Shown piece by piece: positions 46,046 to 55,232 of a stretch of 64,000 nucleotides of DNA (position 1 is the stretch's first letter; each line of letters starts with the position of its first letter). Below the pieces are notes generated by a model, which saw only the letters and a list, made by a program, of their open reading frames with translations, was not told where the DNA came from and ran no database searches. The position numbers and the translations under genes were made by a program. Source of the DNA: an uncultured Candidatus Saccharibacteria bacterium (GTDB lineage: Bacteria > Patescibacteriota > UBA1384 > CAYGGE01); contig CAYGGE010000001.1 of the NCBI GenBank assembly GCA_964349485.1, positions 142,212-206,211 of the forward strand, given 5' to 3'.

Positions 46046-47129
46046 ACCAAGAATCCTGATTGTTTCGTATCTCGCCCATCCTTTGTTCGCCGAATCCTCA
46101 GGTGTGGTTCATGGTGGGTCTGAACTGGCAATGTACAATTTAGCCAAATATACTAATAAAGACGAGTTCGAGGTACATTGTTTGGTTGGTGACTTCAGCC
46201 AGCCCGCTAATCAACTTATCGATCAGATCCATGTACATAAAGGACCGAAGGTCGAAAGAGTCGGGATCTTGAAGGGCATGCTAAATGTCCTGAATCTTTT
46301 TCGTAAAGTTAAACAGATTAATCCCGATGTTATGGTTTCCTCTTCAGCTGGTTGGTTAACTATTGAGCTTATTTTGATCAAGATACTTCTTGGGAAAAGG
46401 TATATTTTCCGCAGTTCTCACCGACGCAATATCGATGGTAGTCTGGACTCAAAGGGCTATGGCTGGCTCTATCGGCGACTCATGAACCGAATCGATTGCT
46501 TCGTGATCCAAAATGCTGAGGACGAGTTGGTTCTTCGGACAACCTACAGTTACGTTGGCAAGGTCGTCTGCATTAAGAATCTTCAGGATATACCACCAAA
46601 AATCGATGACAGTTACCGACAACGTGAGTATATACTTTGGGTCGGCCGATCAGAGGCCATAAAACAGCCCGAGCTCTTTCTCGAATTAGCCAGAAAACTA
46701 CCCAAACATCAATTCAAAATGCTAATGCCCAAGACGAATGAAGCAATATACGCGAAGATAACCGAAGAAGCGAAGCTTATCCCTAATCTGACGATCCTGG
46801 ATTGGATCGACCACGAGGCGATTGCGCAACTTTACCAATCTGCTCGATTTTTGGTTAGCACCTCTGCTGGTGAGGGGTTGCCAAACGTTGTCCTTGAAGC
46901 AATGAAGTATGGTTGTCCTATTCTCTCTTATCAACTGGATTATGATGGTATGATAGAAAACAGCTGTGGTTTAGTCGCAGGCGGTGACATGATAAAACTC
47001 GTCGAATTTATTGACTCTTGTCAGGAACAGACTTGGCAGAAGTTGTCCGATGCCTGCTTTGACTACGCAACCGCTAATTTTTCTGCACCAAAAAATATTA
47101 AAGCCTATGAAGCAATCCTTAGGGGTTAA
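46038..47129 (+). CDS. Glycosyltransferase family 1 (GT4)
   Basis: GEGLPNVVLEAMKYGCPILS motif. Confidence 0.8.
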   Translation: MHKPRILIVSYLAHPLFAESSGVVHGGSELAMYNLAKYTNKDEFEVHCLVGDFSQPANQLIDQIHVHKGPKVERVGILKGMLNVLNLFRKVKQINPDVMVSSSAGWLTIELILIKILLGKRYIFRSSHRRNIDGSLDSKGYGWLYRRLMNRIDCFVIQNAEDELVLRTTYSYVGKVVCIKNLQDIPPKIDDSYRQREYILWVGRSEAIKQPELFLELARKLPKHQFKMLMPKTNEAIYAKITEEAKLIPNLTILDWIDHEAIAQLYQSARFLVSTSAGEGLPNVVLEAMKYGCPILSYQLDYDGMIENSCGLVAGGDMIKLVEFIDSCQEQTWQKLSDACFDYATANFSAPKNIKAYEAILRG

Positions 47130-47130
47130 C

Positions 47131-48096
47131 ATGCCAACAGATTTACCAGTGAAGTGGAAAGTTTTGAGCACGATGGATATCAGCCACTGTCCACAGGCTT
47201 TCGATCTACTCAAAGAACAGACCGACTTCACCTATATGACTGCCGATCAAGAAAAACTCAAGGAGGTTATTAACGATTACGATATCTATATCTCTACTCT
47301 CGGTGTTCGGGTGACCAAAGAGATGCTTGATCGCCAAGGTCGTCTCAAGGTAATCGCTACTCCTTCAACGGGGACTGACCACATCGATTGCGCCGCTGCT
47401 GAGGCAAATGGGATTACAGTCCTATCCTTAAAAAAAGAGACCAAATTCCTTGATCGGATCACCGCCACAGCTGAGTTGACCTGGGGACTATTACTATCGG
47501 TTGTCCGTAATATCCCTACTGCCTTCGAAGCAGCTAAACAGGGCAGGTGGGCCCGTGATGAATTTCGAGGTCGTCAATTGTCTGGCAAGACCTTAGGGAT
47601 TCTCGGTTATGGTCGTTTAGGTCGGATCGTCGCAGACTATGGGCAGGCATTTCGGATGAAAGTCTTGGTCAACGATGTCAAATCGATCAACTCTAGTCCT
47701 GGCATAGAGGTCGTTGATCTTGATACCTTACTTAAGGAATCAGATGTCCTCTCAATTCATATCCATCTCACTGATGAAAATAAACAATTCATTAATGCTA
47801 CCGCTTTCCAAAAAATGAAAAAAAGTGCTGTACTAATCAACACCAGTCGCGGTGGTATTGTTGATGAGCAGGCACTTATTGAAGCTCTCAGCTCAGGTCA
47901 ATTGGCCGGAGCGGGCGTTGACGTTATCGATGGTGAATGGGACACTGATCTAGCTAATCACCCAATGATCCGTTACGCGAAGGATCACAACAATTTAATT
48001 ATCACCCCGCATATCGGCGGTGTTGCTCATGAGGCGCAGAGCATGGTCTTTGAATTTCTAGCTGAAAAGATTATGGAACATATTACAAAGAGCTAA
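47131..48096 (+). CDS. D-isomer-specific 2-hydroxyacid dehydrogenase family (NAD-binding)
   Basis: Start ATG 47131 with an AGGGG RBS. GILGYGRLGRIVA (GxGxxG), INTSRGG and HIGG motifs. Confidence 0.8.
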   Translation: MPTDLPVKWKVLSTMDISHCPQAFDLLKEQTDFTYMTADQEKLKEVINDYDIYISTLGVRVTKEMLDRQGRLKVIATPSTGTDHIDCAAAEANGITVLSLKKETKFLDRITATAELTWGLLLSVVRNIPTAFEAAKQGRWARDEFRGRQLSGKTLGILGYGRLGRIVADYGQAFRMKVLVNDVKSINSSPGIEVVDLDTLLKESDVLSIHIHLTDENKQFINATAFQKMKKSAVLINTSRGGIVDEQALIEALSSGQLAGAGVDVIDGEWDTDLANHPMIRYAKDHNNLIITPHIGGVAHEAQSMVFEFLAEKIMEHITKS

Positions 48097-48812
48097 AGGT
48101 AGAGCCCTTTTTCGCGGAACTTACGTAGCATATACTCAGCTGTCACCCAGTCGAATTCGGTGTCGATATCGACGTATCGCTCTTGGGGGACGATGTGGCC
48201 CACAATATGGTTGCCGAATAGTTTGTTCTCTTTCATAAACAGGTCGCGTTTCATGACATAAACATGTCCACTGCGTCGATAGGCTGGAGGGAGGTCTTGT
48301 CGTCTACGGCCTTCAGGTTCATCCATGAAGTAGGGCAGGACATTTTGCCCATCTAGTCGCTTAGCTTTCATGGGGTGTTTACCACTTTCGATTTCAACGA
48401 TGGATACTGCACTATCAGCATCCGTTTTTTCGATCAAGGCGATCGTCTCATCGATATCTTCAACCAAGCGAAATGGTGAAGTTGGCTGGAGGATGACTAT
48501 ATAGTCGTAAGTGTAGCCCCTAGCATTCTCCATATGAGTGATAGCGTGCTGGACTACTGGCAGATGTGGGGTATTATCTTGGGCGAGTTCGGCAGGACGA
48601 ATGAAAGGAATCTCGACACCAAGCTTTCCGGCAATCTCGGCAATCTCCTGATCGTCGGTCGAAACAATCAGATCGGTGATCGCCTTACTCCGTTTCGCTA
48701 TATCGATGGTGTAGGCGATAAGTGGCTTGCCCCCAAAATCTTTAACATTTTTTCGAGGCACCCCTTTTGAACCACCTCGGGCCGTAATGATCGCTAAAAC
48801 TCTCTTATCCAT
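48093..48812 (-). CDS. neuA: CMP-nonulosonic acid (N-acylneuraminate) cytidylyltransferase
   Basis: LAIITARGGSKGVPRKNV cytidylyltransferase signature. 239 aa. GGTGG RBS. Confidence 0.8.
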   Translation of the reverse strand: MDKRVLAIITARGGSKGVPRKNVKDFGGKPLIAYTIDIAKRSKAITDLIVSTDDQEIAEIAGKLGVEIPFIRPAELAQDNTPHLPVVQHAITHMENARGYTYDYIVILQPTSPFRLVEDIDETIALIEKTDADSAVSIVEIESGKHPMKAKRLDGQNVLPYFMDEPEGRRRQDLPPAYRRSGHVYVMKRDLFMKENKLFGNHIVGHIVPQERYVDIDTEFDWVTAEYMLRKFREKGLYL

Positions 48813-48844
48813 AATCCACCTTTGTAATCTATACTAACTTGAGT

Positions 48845-50023
48845 TTACTCAACAAATCTTTTCTGAGTGTAAAGCTCAGTCGTGGCGACGGTTTCGGCGA
48901 TCGCTTGGCTGGTACCGTCCTCTGCGTAGAGCGCGGAAGAGGGATATCGACCAACTTCAAGCTGTTTTGCAATTGCGGCCGTTATCTCATCACTCTCATT
49001 GCCAGACGACAAGACGTTGTCAGCGACCAGTCGATTGCTCTGGCGTTTGCCTACATTGACTACAGGTATACCAAGAAACGAGCATTCTTTAATCCCGGCT
49101 GATGAGTTGCCGATCAGACATCTCGTATTAACAAGTAGAGAGAGAAAATCTTTGGGTGGCAGATAACGTAAGAAACGGATGCGACTATCGGCTACTTTGT
49201 TCTTAAAGACACGTAGCTCGTGAGATATATACTCTGCCCCTGCGTCGAAGTTGGGCCAGAACCAAATTGTTTGAAGCCCTGTCCTGTGGATCGCTTCTAG
49301 CAGTTTCTTGGTATTTTCGGCGATTGAGCCAAGATCTGTACTGACTGGATGATACATGACCATCAGGTAAGGCTCATTTGGCTGAAAGCTCACCCCACTA
49401 CCAAATTGATCGACAGCAATGGTTCTTATGTCGTGCCCTTTATGCTGCATGGCCCTCACGACCTCAATATCGGGACTACCAAAGTTGTAGACGTGCTCCG
49501 GCCGTTCCCCCATCTTCAGAATACGTTGTTTAGCCGGTTCGTTAGTGGCGAAGTGTACGTGGGCCAGCTTAGTGATGGCGTGTCGGACTGATTCGTCGAG
49601 AGTTCCGCTGATATCACCACCTTCAATATGAGCAACGGTAATATTCATGTAAACCGCAGCGATAGTGGCAGCTAAAACCTCGAATCGATCGCCGCGAACG
49701 ATCACGATATCGGGGTTCATGGCGTGAAAGATCGATGAAAATTCGACGATACCTAATCCAACAGTTTTTGATTTGACGATATAATTGTCACCATCGAGGT
49801 TGAAATAGGCTTCGTGAATGTTCGCATAACCTTCGTCCTCGAGAATGCTCTTTATATTAAAGTTATGAGAGGCATAACGTTCAAGGAGCACAACTCCCCC
49901 GAGTATGATGTGGAGCTCCACGTCATCGCGCTTCCGTAGCTCTTCAAGAATCAAGAAGTTGCGACTGTAGTGGATGTAGCTGGTGATGATAAAACAGACT
50001 TTTCGCTTCGGGGTGTCGTTCAT
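48845..50023 (-). CDS. neuC: UDP-N-acetylglucosamine 2-epimerase (hydrolysing), NeuC family
   Basis: DIVIVRGDRFEVLAATIAAVYMNITVAHIEGGDISGTLDESVRHAITKLAHVHF aligns with E. coli NeuC GDRYE...HIHGGE...HSITK. Confidence 0.8.
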   Translation of the reverse strand: MNDTPKRKVCFIITSYIHYSRNFLILEELRKRDDVELHIILGGVVLLERYASHNFNIKSILEDEGYANIHEAYFNLDGDNYIVKSKTVGLGIVEFSSIFHAMNPDIVIVRGDRFEVLAATIAAVYMNITVAHIEGGDISGTLDESVRHAITKLAHVHFATNEPAKQRILKMGERPEHVYNFGSPDIEVVRAMQHKGHDIRTIAVDQFGSGVSFQPNEPYLMVMYHPVSTDLGSIAENTKKLLEAIHRTGLQTIWFWPNFDAGAEYISHELRVFKNKVADSRIRFLRYLPPKDFLSLLVNTRCLIGNSSAGIKECSFLGIPVVNVGKRQSNRLVADNVLSSGNESDEITAAIAKQLEVGRYPSSALYAEDGTSQAIAETVATTELYTQKRFVE

Positions 50024-51108
50024 GGTTGCTCCAATACTTCTGCTGTAATCGGCTCATATTTGCTGAGATGTTTAGTCACTTTCCGGCCAAGAACTGATTC
50101 GTAGTCCTCAGAAGGTAGTCCACCTGCGTACGCTTGCGGTCGCATGGCGTAGATCAATTCAGGCGAAAGGGTAGTCCCAGGAGCAACGTCGGCGCCTGCC
50201 ATGAGCGACTTGCGAAATAGCGGTCGAAACTTGGCTTCTTCCTCCTGAAGGAGCTTCGTCTCTTCACCGTAGTCGGCCAAATTAACCGGCTTTTTATGTC
50301 GTAGACTATCAACCATTGCCTTAAACTCATCTGGCATTAGCGATACTTTGTGATCAGAACCCCAGAGTTCACGACTCCAAGAGAAATGTTTTTCGATGAC
50401 AACTGCACCCATTGCCGCGGCGGCTAAGGTTGCATCGGCTTCGAGCGAGTGATCTGAAAAACCGATCGGGATTTCGTATCGCTTCTGGAAAAATTCAATT
50501 GTCTTTAAGTTAAAATCTTTTGGATCAGTCACCGGGTATTGGGAGACGCAGTGCAAAAGAACCAGTTTGTCAGTTCTTTTTTTGAGAAAAGCTACTGCCT
50601 TATCAACTTCTTCCAGTGTACTCATCCCTGAAGAAACAATAATCGGCTTACCGGTTTGGGTCAGATAGTCGAGTAACACAAAATCGAGTAGATCACCTGA
50701 TCCAACTTTCCAGATTGGTGGATCGATTGCCTCAAGCTTTTGGGCGGCTCCACGGCTCATTGGGGTAGAAAAGAAGATAATATCGAGCTCGTCGCTATAG
50801 GTCTTTAAGGCCTGCCAGAATTCAGGTGGCGTAGCTTCGGTATTACGTTTGACCCAGCTGTAACGATCGCTACCAGAGAAATGCGGAGCGGTCACGTCAA
50901 TATTGAGTTGCTCATCGCGGTAATCATGGGTCTGTAGTTTCACCGCATCAGCACCAGCAGCCTTGGCGGCCTTAATGAGAGATTTTGCGTTTTCAATATA
51001 TACTTCGACAGACTGGTCTTCTTTTGTTTGGATAAAATTTTTCCCGATTTCAGCAATCGTGAAAATATCCTTCTTAATATATTCCATGAGATCAGGCTTA
51101 GGCATCAT
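50020..51108 (-). CDS. neuB: N-acylneuraminate (nonulosonate) synthase, NeuB family (PEP-dependent TIM barrel plus SAF domain)
   Basis: IAEIG, FSTP, KVGSGD, IVSSGM, LLHCVSQYP, GFSDHS and IEKHFS motifs in NeuB order, with a C-terminal SAF-like region. Confidence 0.75.
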   Translation of the reverse strand: MMPKPDLMEYIKKDIFTIAEIGKNFIQTKEDQSVEVYIENAKSLIKAAKAAGADAVKLQTHDYRDEQLNIDVTAPHFSGSDRYSWVKRNTEATPPEFWQALKTYSDELDIIFFSTPMSRGAAQKLEAIDPPIWKVGSGDLLDFVLLDYLTQTGKPIIVSSGMSTLEEVDKAVAFLKKRTDKLVLLHCVSQYPVTDPKDFNLKTIEFFQKRYEIPIGFSDHSLEADATLAAAAMGAVVIEKHFSWSRELWGSDHKVSLMPDEFKAMVDSLRHKKPVNLADYGEETKLLQEEEAKFRPLFRKSLMAGADVAPGTTLSPELIYAMRPQAYAGGLPSEDYESVLGRKVTKHLSKYEPITAEVLEQP

Positions 51109-52480
51109 TCCTTTCAGTGGTCTTGATTGACAGATAGTCTATTATAAAACGAGCGGCTCTCATCCCGGACTGACCGTCGGTCTGCCAACACTGTTGTCGG
51201 ACAATTCTTGCTCGTTCTTTCGCTTCAAGTCTGGGATCATTATAGTACGCATTTATAGAGTTGAGCAAGTCAAGTTCGTCGCGTACGACTCGGATCCCAC
51301 CAGTTTTTACCAGCTTGCCGTAGTGCTCGCTCTCAAAGTACATATTACTATTTGGCTGGATAGTGTCGTACTTGGCAAACTTGATGTTAATAATTGGTTT
51401 ATCGAAGACTGCCGCATCGATCGATATTGAAGAGGGCGGGCAGATTAAAATCGAGGTATAGTAGAGCGTATCGAAGAGGTTCTGTATATCTTTAGCGTTC
51501 ATATCCCAATCGATACCTCTTTCTTTGGTGAAACGAATACCTGGGCGTTGAATGATTATTCGCTCCGGGTGCTCTAGCCCTTCTAGATCAACGTCATCGT
51601 TGGGAGGAAAACGGACCAGGATCTGAAAATCATCGGATATTTGTTGCTTCAATTGAAATTCCACCAAAATATTTAAATATGTTGCGTCAAGTTTGCAGTA
51701 GGTTGCACCCATTGGACAGAAGAGAATGATCTTCTTGTCGGGGTCTAAACCAATTGATTGGAAAAACAGCTCTTTTCTGGTGGGTCGGCCACGGAAGAAG
51801 ATGTCGTAGTGAGGGATGCCAATAATCGTGACATCTTTCGCCTTGATATCCAAGTACTTTACCGCCTCGTCTCGAACTAACTCATTATGGACTAGTAGTT
51901 TGTCAGGCAATACCCAAGCCATACCACGAGAAGTGATCTTGTCCCAAGAGTTGATTAGACCAATAGTTTTAATGCCGCGACGCTTGGCCTCTCTTAGCAG
52001 TGTCGCTTCTGCCTCACCAAAAATATGGGCGCTAAGAATCAATGTGGGCTTGTACTTGGCTAGTAGCTCGCTATAGGCCCGACTTTTAATAAACGGCGAA
52101 CGAAAACTCCGGGCCAAAGCTCGACCGATTCGATTAGCGAATAATCGACTGAATAAGAGCTCGGTGAAGTATTTACCATAATTCTTGTCCACGGTTAAGG
52201 CATTGTTTCGCTTAAGGTTGAGTGTATGGGTTAGGACTAAGTTTTTCTTAAGAAATGAGTATAAAGTATCTAGGGCTGAATGGCTTGGTTCATTAATTAT
52301 TTCAAAGACTACATTGGTTGCTGTAAATTCTTTTTCGAAGTAGGTTTTTTTCTGCTCATTGGGTACTAACAGCACGATCAAGAGTTGCTGTTCGGACTGA
52401 AGGGTGGTAAAAAAGTCGTTACGTAACAAATTTTTTGCCTCGGAACCCTGTAAGATTGGGATAAATATCGTTTGCTTCAC
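51098..52480 (-). CDS. TagB/TagF- or KpsS-like GT-B glycosyl/glycerophospho-transferase family protein (paralog 1); a nonulosonate transferase is the speculative role
   Basis: 460 aa. GIPHYD motif resembling the GYPRND motif of the CDP-glycerol glycerophosphotransferase family. Probable GTG start with a GGGGGT RBS. Paralogous to 53838-55232. Confidence 0.4.
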   Translation of the reverse strand: MKQTIFIPILQGSEAKNLLRNDFFTTLQSEQQLLIVLLVPNEQKKTYFEKEFTATNVVFEIINEPSHSALDTLYSFLKKNLVLTHTLNLKRNNALTVDKNYGKYFTELLFSRLFANRIGRALARSFRSPFIKSRAYSELLAKYKPTLILSAHIFGEAEATLLREAKRRGIKTIGLINSWDKITSRGMAWVLPDKLLVHNELVRDEAVKYLDIKAKDVTIIGIPHYDIFFRGRPTRKELFFQSIGLDPDKKIILFCPMGATYCKLDATYLNILVEFQLKQQISDDFQILVRFPPNDDVDLEGLEHPERIIIQRPGIRFTKERGIDWDMNAKDIQNLFDTLYYTSILICPPSSISIDAAVFDKPIINIKFAKYDTIQPNSNMYFESEHYGKLVKTGGIRVVRDELDLLNSINAYYNDPRLEAKERARIVRQQCWQTDGQSGMRAARFIIDYLSIKTTERNDA

Positions 52481-52482
52481 TT

Positions 52483-53847
52483 TTAACCCCCAAACTTACT
52501 ACGTAAAGTGACTAGTGTGCGATTAAAGAGTAACTTGTCATACTCATCAAAGATTAGCAGGCTCTTGAAGCTAAGTCGAAAATTTGGTTTTTCTTTCAGC
52601 AGGAAATAGTAGGCGGCGAGGGTCATGAGCAACTGAGTTAGAAAAAACTCAAGTGCGATGCCGTAGAGCTGAAGCGTTGGGGTGAGGATTAAGTTAAAGA
52701 AGATAATCGAACCGGCGCCAATTACTGGAATAAAAAACAACTCTTTTTGCCGTCGAACTGAATAGAGTATTTGACCAATTATCGATTGGACGCCAAAGAA
52801 GAGCATCGAAGCCAACACGATGAAAAAGTACGGTAAGGATGGACTGTATTTTGGTAAGATCCAATTAACGAGGATCGGCACGACTGTTGCACCAAATAAA
52901 AAGATGCCAAAGAATGCGTAAGTAACGTAACGACCGCCTCGGATGTAAAGATCTTTGAGTTTTTCCTCATTGTCGAGCTGTCGAGGTAAGAAAATTTTTA
53001 TCGAGTTAAAGGAGATCAAACCCTTCAAGGCTCCGAGGAAATTCAGCGCAACGCTGAAGATAGCGACACCTTCGACTCCGACAAAGTATTTTACTACCCA
53101 GGGCCGGACGTTTTGTGTGAAGTTCAACAAGTAGTAGCGAGCGACTGCCCAAGGACCATATTTCTTGATCAGACGTGCAAGTAGTGATTCCGTCGCTTGT
53201 AGTGTAGCCTTGTCGGTCGATTTACCCATCAAATCTGGAAGTATCTTTGGTAGCAAGAAGGGTATGATAAGGAGATGTGTGGCGACACTTAAGATGAGCA
53301 TTGTCTGAACGTTGAGCGTCGTATATTTAAAGACCACCACGATAAGCACCAGCTTGATAACCTCGTAAAAGAAATCGTAGCTTGCTGAGAGCAAGAAATT
53401 TGTTCGGTATTCAAGGGCAAGGGTGACTAACGCCTTAGTATTTTCTATTATAAACAGGAAGGCAATCACTCTTATCCAACTACCGGCGTCGGGACCGTAA
53501 TAGAGACCTATTCGGTCGGCTAGACCATAAACCGCTAGAGTTAAGACGAGACCGACAATGATTTTGAATATGGAGTATTCTCTCAAGATACTTCGAGCTC
53601 GTTCGGGCTGTTTCTGACCATTGTAGATATTCATTTCATTCAATACTAAGGTGTCGAGAAAATTTATCGAGAAACCAGAAACAATCGATTGAAACGATAG
53701 AACGAGATTATACAGACCAAAATCTCTTAGACTTAAGAATTTTAACAACACGAAACCGTTGACTAAAGTGAGCGGTTTTGTGGCGGCAATAAACAAACTG
53801 TTAATTCCTTCGCCACGGATAATCTTTTTATAGAATTCTATTTCCAT
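52483..53847 (-). CDS. Wzx-type oligosaccharide flippase / polysaccharide biosynthesis protein
   Basis: 454 aa, 12 or more TM helices, MOP-superfamily-like composition. Confidence 0.7.
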   Translation of the reverse strand: MEIEFYKKIIRGEGINSLFIAATKPLTLVNGFVLLKFLSLRDFGLYNLVLSFQSIVSGFSINFLDTLVLNEMNIYNGQKQPERARSILREYSIFKIIVGLVLTLAVYGLADRIGLYYGPDAGSWIRVIAFLFIIENTKALVTLALEYRTNFLLSASYDFFYEVIKLVLIVVVFKYTTLNVQTMLILSVATHLLIIPFLLPKILPDLMGKSTDKATLQATESLLARLIKKYGPWAVARYYLLNFTQNVRPWVVKYFVGVEGVAIFSVALNFLGALKGLISFNSIKIFLPRQLDNEEKLKDLYIRGGRYVTYAFFGIFLFGATVVPILVNWILPKYSPSLPYFFIVLASMLFFGVQSIIGQILYSVRRQKELFFIPVIGAGSIIFFNLILTPTLQLYGIALEFFLTQLLMTLAAYYFLLKEKPNFRLSFKSLLIFDEYDKLLFNRTLVTLRSKFGG

Positions 53848-55232
53848 GTTTGGTCTTCCAACGCTTTAGATAGAAGTGTGACGAGACGTTTCGAAGCGTT
53901 ACCATCGAGTTTGTAACATTGTTCGTTAATGAGACGTTCCCGCTCCTTTTTACGGATGTCAGGATTGTCGATAATTTCTTTAATCGCGTCTACCAACTCT
54001 TGCTGGTTCTTTGCCAGAGCGACAGCTCCACTTTTCATAATGTTGAGATAATGCTCTCTGCCGTAATAACGACTAATCGAGTCGGGCTCTGGAACCGTCG
54101 CATAGCCGTCAAAGGCCAAGCAGATTGCGGGTCGACCGACCACGGCTGCATCGATCGACATAGTCGAAGCGACATTGATCGTGACGATAGAATGATAGAG
54201 TGAATTGTACCAGTGTTTAACATCGTCGTCCTCAAAGACCCAATCACGTGTTCCTTCTGTAAGGTAAGTAAATGGCTGCTCAACGGTAACATGTTTTAGT
54301 GCCTCAACGCCCGTGAAGCTACTATGAAACTTAGGATGACTGCGAACCTGAATATGGATATCCGCTGGTAGTGAACCATCGGTGATCGCTTTATCCAAGA
54401 TGAACAAATAGTCTCGATCATTGGGGCTTAAAAGATCACCCGAGGCAGAGAATAGCACGACCTTTTTTTTCGGATCGATGCCAAGTTTCGCGTAGAAAAC
54501 GTCACGCGGCTCAATTAACTCGGCTTTGTGGGCATTTAAGTAGTCAAATTGTGGGATACCAGTCACCATTACTCGATCGGCAGGCATATCGTCAAGCTCG
54601 ATCGCTTCTTGTTTCATGAGCTCATTGTGGGTAACCAGCAAATCAGGCAAGATCGCCATAAAGGTTTTGGTCGTCAAGTTGTCCCAACTTTTGAGCATCT
54701 GGACACAAGGGATACCGAGTTGGCTCGCTTGTTGGACAAGCTTATAGTCACTTGGTGTAATCGAGGGGACAAAGATGAGATCTGGCTTAAGTTCATGGAT
54801 CAGGGTATTGCCGTATGTGGCACGATCGAACGTTCGGTAAAGATATCGGATGAAGTTACGCCAGGCCTTGAACTGACCCAGGTGCCATAAAATTCGGAAA
54901 CCGAGATAGATCGGCAAGGAGATCTTGTTATGACCATAGATTCCATTAAGACTGTAATACTCAATATCGGCGATCGTCTGAGTATGGATATTGTGTTTGA
55001 GTATTAGGTTAAATAGAGCATCGATCCGGCTTATCTTGTATGGCAGATAGTGAACACTGACCATATCGGAGGCGTGGTTCTTCTGAAGATAGGAAAAGTA
55101 GGGTTTATTGGAACAGACGATATGAACCCTGACTCCAGTGGCCAGGAGTAGAGAAAAAAAGTCGGTCTTCAGCAAATTGCGTTCAACCATGCCGTCAGAG
55201 ATGGAAAGTAAGATAGACTTAGGCATGCTCAT
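53838..55232 (-). CDS. TagB/TagF- or KpsS-like GT-B transferase family protein (paralog 2)
   Basis: 464 aa with the same architecture as paralog 1 and a TGIPQFD motif. ATGA-coupled. Confidence 0.4.
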   Translation of the reverse strand: MSMPKSILLSISDGMVERNLLKTDFFSLLLATGVRVHIVCSNKPYFSYLQKNHASDMVSVHYLPYKISRIDALFNLILKHNIHTQTIADIEYYSLNGIYGHNKISLPIYLGFRILWHLGQFKAWRNFIRYLYRTFDRATYGNTLIHELKPDLIFVPSITPSDYKLVQQASQLGIPCVQMLKSWDNLTTKTFMAILPDLLVTHNELMKQEAIELDDMPADRVMVTGIPQFDYLNAHKAELIEPRDVFYAKLGIDPKKKVVLFSASGDLLSPNDRDYLFILDKAITDGSLPADIHIQVRSHPKFHSSFTGVEALKHVTVEQPFTYLTEGTRDWVFEDDDVKHWYNSLYHSIVTINVASTMSIDAAVVGRPAICLAFDGYATVPEPDSISRYYGREHYLNIMKSGAVALAKNQQELVDAIKEIIDNPDIRKKERERLINEQCYKLDGNASKRLVTLLSKALEDQTWK

